A stretch of DNA of 64,000 nucleotides from Squalus acanthias (Eukaryota): positions 109,060,001 to 109,124,000 of the forward strand of contig CM059432.1 in the NCBI GenBank assembly GCA_030390025.1, in the 5' to 3' direction. The position numbers were made by a program, and so were the translations under genes. Shown here piece by piece: positions 61,500-64,000 of this stretch (positions are counted from its first letter, which is position 1; each line of letters opens with the position of its first letter). Below the pieces are notes generated by a model. It did not search any database. It was not told where the DNA came from and saw only the letters and a program-made list of their open reading frames with translations.

Positions 61500-61734
61500 A
61501 GGACAATGTTTCACATGTGCTAGTAACCTCTGTAATGGGATGTCACAGTCTTATTTCTGCGAGAGCATGACCCTTAGCTATGCATTGGAGGGAACAAGTG
61601 CGGTAATTTGTTATGAAAGAGTGAACTCCGTCTCAACTACTTGGAGCCCTTACCAGGAGGTCTGAAAGAGGTTGCATGATTTAAAGAAGGGCATAAGGTA
61701 AGTCATGAACATTACCATAGAGGAGCAGCAATGA

Positions 61735-62135
61735 AATCAATGACCAGACAATATGTTTTTGGTGATGTTGGGCGAGGGATAATTGTTGGCCAGGAGAGCA
61801 GGAGAACTCCCTGGCCCCAAAGTGCTTTACAATTAATGAATTACTTTAGAAGTGCAGTCTTTGTAGTTATGTAGCCAGTTGCAGCCTTTAAGATCCTACT
61901 GACAGCAAATGACTTGAAAGATCAGTTGATCTGTTTTTGTTTGTGGAGGAGGGACATTTGGAGAACTGACTGCTCTTCTTTGAATAGTGCCATAGGATCG
62001 TTTACCTCAGTTTAATGTCTCATCTGAAAATCGGCACCTCCGACAGTGCAGCACTCCGTCACCGCTGCACTTAAGTGTCAGCCAGGATTATGTCCTGGAG
62101 TGGGGCTTGATCCTTCTGACTCAGAGAGTGTTAAC
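61735..62135 (-). mobile_element. Degraded Deu-domain SINE pieces
   Basis: Reverse-complement Deu core and head fragments. Confidence 0.65.
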
Positions 62136-62384
62136 CATTTGTGTAAAATAAAACAGTACTAGTCTGTAGATGGCACAGTGCTTTGGAGATCTGTGGCACA
62201 TGGAGATATGATGCAGATTCATGCTTACAGCAAGTGGCTAATTAGGGGAGGTGTTGATTGAAGACTAGACAGGGAAGGAGGTGAAATCTGGTTGTGAGCC
62301 ACCACAGGACTACTCTTACACAATCACGCTTGTATCCGTAGCAGAGGCCTGGGAGTAGGTAATTTTCATGTCCTTCAAAAGAAA

Positions 62385-62832
62385 AGAAAGAACTTGTATT
62401 TACATAGCATCTTTCATGACCTCAGGATGTTCCAAAGTGCTTTACAACCAATGAAATACGTTTGAAGTGTAGTCACTGTTGTCATGTAGGGAAAACCAGC
62501 AGGCAATTTGTGCACAGCAAGCTTCCACAAACAGGAATATAATAATGACCAGATAATCTTTTATTAGTGATGTTGGTTGATGGATAAATATTGGCCAGGC
62601 CACCATGGAAGCTTCCCTACTCTTCTTAGATATAGTGCCATGGGATCTTTTACATCCACTTGAAAGGGCTGATGGGGCCTCGGTTTAACGTCTCATCTGA
62701 AAGACGGCATCTCCAACAGTGCAACACTGAAGTGTCAGCCTAGATTATGTGCTCAAGTCTCTGGAGTGTGGACTTGGTCCCATAAACTTCGGACTCAGAA
62801 ACAAGAGTGCTATCACTTAGCCATGGCTGACC
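62385..62832 (-). mobile_element. Deu-domain SINE, near full length
   Basis: Homolog of 54495-54950. Confidence 0.85.
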
Positions 62833-62836
62833 TTAT

Positions 62837-64000
62837 GGGTGAGAAATTGGTTTCAGTAGCGCCTGTTTTTTGGGTGCTATGAGTGGCATTAAGGATCTAA
62901 AATGGCGTCCGTGGCATGTGCACATTTCTGACATGAAGGCGTTAGTGGTAAAGGCGTTAGTGTGCACGCAGTTAATGTCCGCCGACAGTATGCAGAGCAG
63001 GCAGATCATGACGTCAATCAGTGTGCAACGCTGATTTGAAGTCAGCACTGCCATTTTGAAGTTCCACACTCCAGCCGGCACACTCTCCTAACCTTGCACG
63101 GCTGAACATGCGTTAAGCAGCAGAAAAAAAAACCATCAGCGCTATTTAAAGGGATCATCAACTACTTACAGGTTAGTTGCTGGTTGATCTCTTCTGGCTA
63201 TTGCTACAATTCTACATGTTTTTGGTGCTTCCCATAGTTGTTTCAAGTTGCAAATGTCTACGGGGAGTGGTGTGGCAGGAGCTGAAGTACTTTTTGCTGA
63301 CTTCAAGATTTCTGCACAAACCAATTGCTCCCAGACATGGGTGTGCTCGTAGGCCTTCCTCTTGAAATTGAGCATAACTGACAGAATGAGCAGAGGCCAC
63401 GTAGAGCAGGACAAGCTGCTCTAACAGGGAGGAGGAGGAGGGGGAGAAGGGCTCTCATCAGGTGGCCATAATCGCCCAGGGTGTTCAGGGAGCAATTCTC
63501 CTACCAGAATCTTAGCGACAACCAATGTTTGAGATGTCTGCACTTTACTAAGTATCCTGGCAGCAGTCATGATGTTTCATTCTGTGGCAGTCCACTGTGC
63601 CAGCTGTATTTCAGCCACCACGGCAAACCAAAGGGTGGCTACTGGGTGACAAGTGCTATCTGCTGACGACATGGCTCATGACCGGTTCGTAACCCACACA
63701 CACGCGCACAGCATGCATATAATGAGAGCCATGCTGCCACAAGAAATGTGATAGAACAGACCATTGGCGTGCTGAAGCAACGATTCCGCTGCCTGGACCA
63801 CTCTGGAGGAGCCCTGCAGTACTCGGCTGAGCAGGTCTCAAGATTTGTGGTGGTATGCTGCATGCTGCACAACCTTGCCATCAGGAGGGGACAGCCCTTG
63901 CCACCACCTATCAGGCAAGATGCTAAGGAGCAGGAGCACGAGGAGGAGGAGGAGGACGTCAAAGAGGAGGAGGCGGAAGAGGAGGAAGAGGAAGGGAGGC
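62837..64000 (+). mobile_element. Internally deleted Harbinger element with transposase remnant (runs off window)
   Basis: TIR GGGTGAGAAATTGG; YPGSSHD, IEQTIGVLKQRFRCLD...CCMLHN, acidic tail. Confidence 0.85.

Overview
Eukaryotic, repeat-dense vertebrate DNA. It is most likely from a cartilaginous fish, inferred from the Deu-domain SINEs, the CR1 families with (TTTCTATG)n tails and the mix of Penelope and Harbinger elements. No host protein-coding gene can be named. The window opens with a 24-bp satellite carrying a 4,534-bp-period duplication of a CR1 fragment plus satellite. The rest is nested retro- and DNA transposons: CR1 (one near full-length with a zinc-finger/SGNH-esterase ORF1 and intact ORF2, one more with an intact ORF2), L2, RTE, a Zenon-like LINE, Deu-SINEs, PIF/Harbinger elements and MITEs, and Penelope-like elements (PLEs). 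The most notable signals are: (i) minimal hammerhead ribozymes with covarying stems in three TSD-flanked, inverted-arm PLE insertions, including a 220-bp non-coding palindrome carrying two hammerheads; (ii) a decayed HDV-like ribozyme fold at the 5' end of an RTE remnant; (iii) a full-length RTE with a 29-bp CpG tandem array as its 5' end; (iv) candidate minus-strand host splice units (a possible 3-nt microexon and a signal-peptide-like exon). All calls were made by eye, and the boundaries of degraded repeats are approximate.
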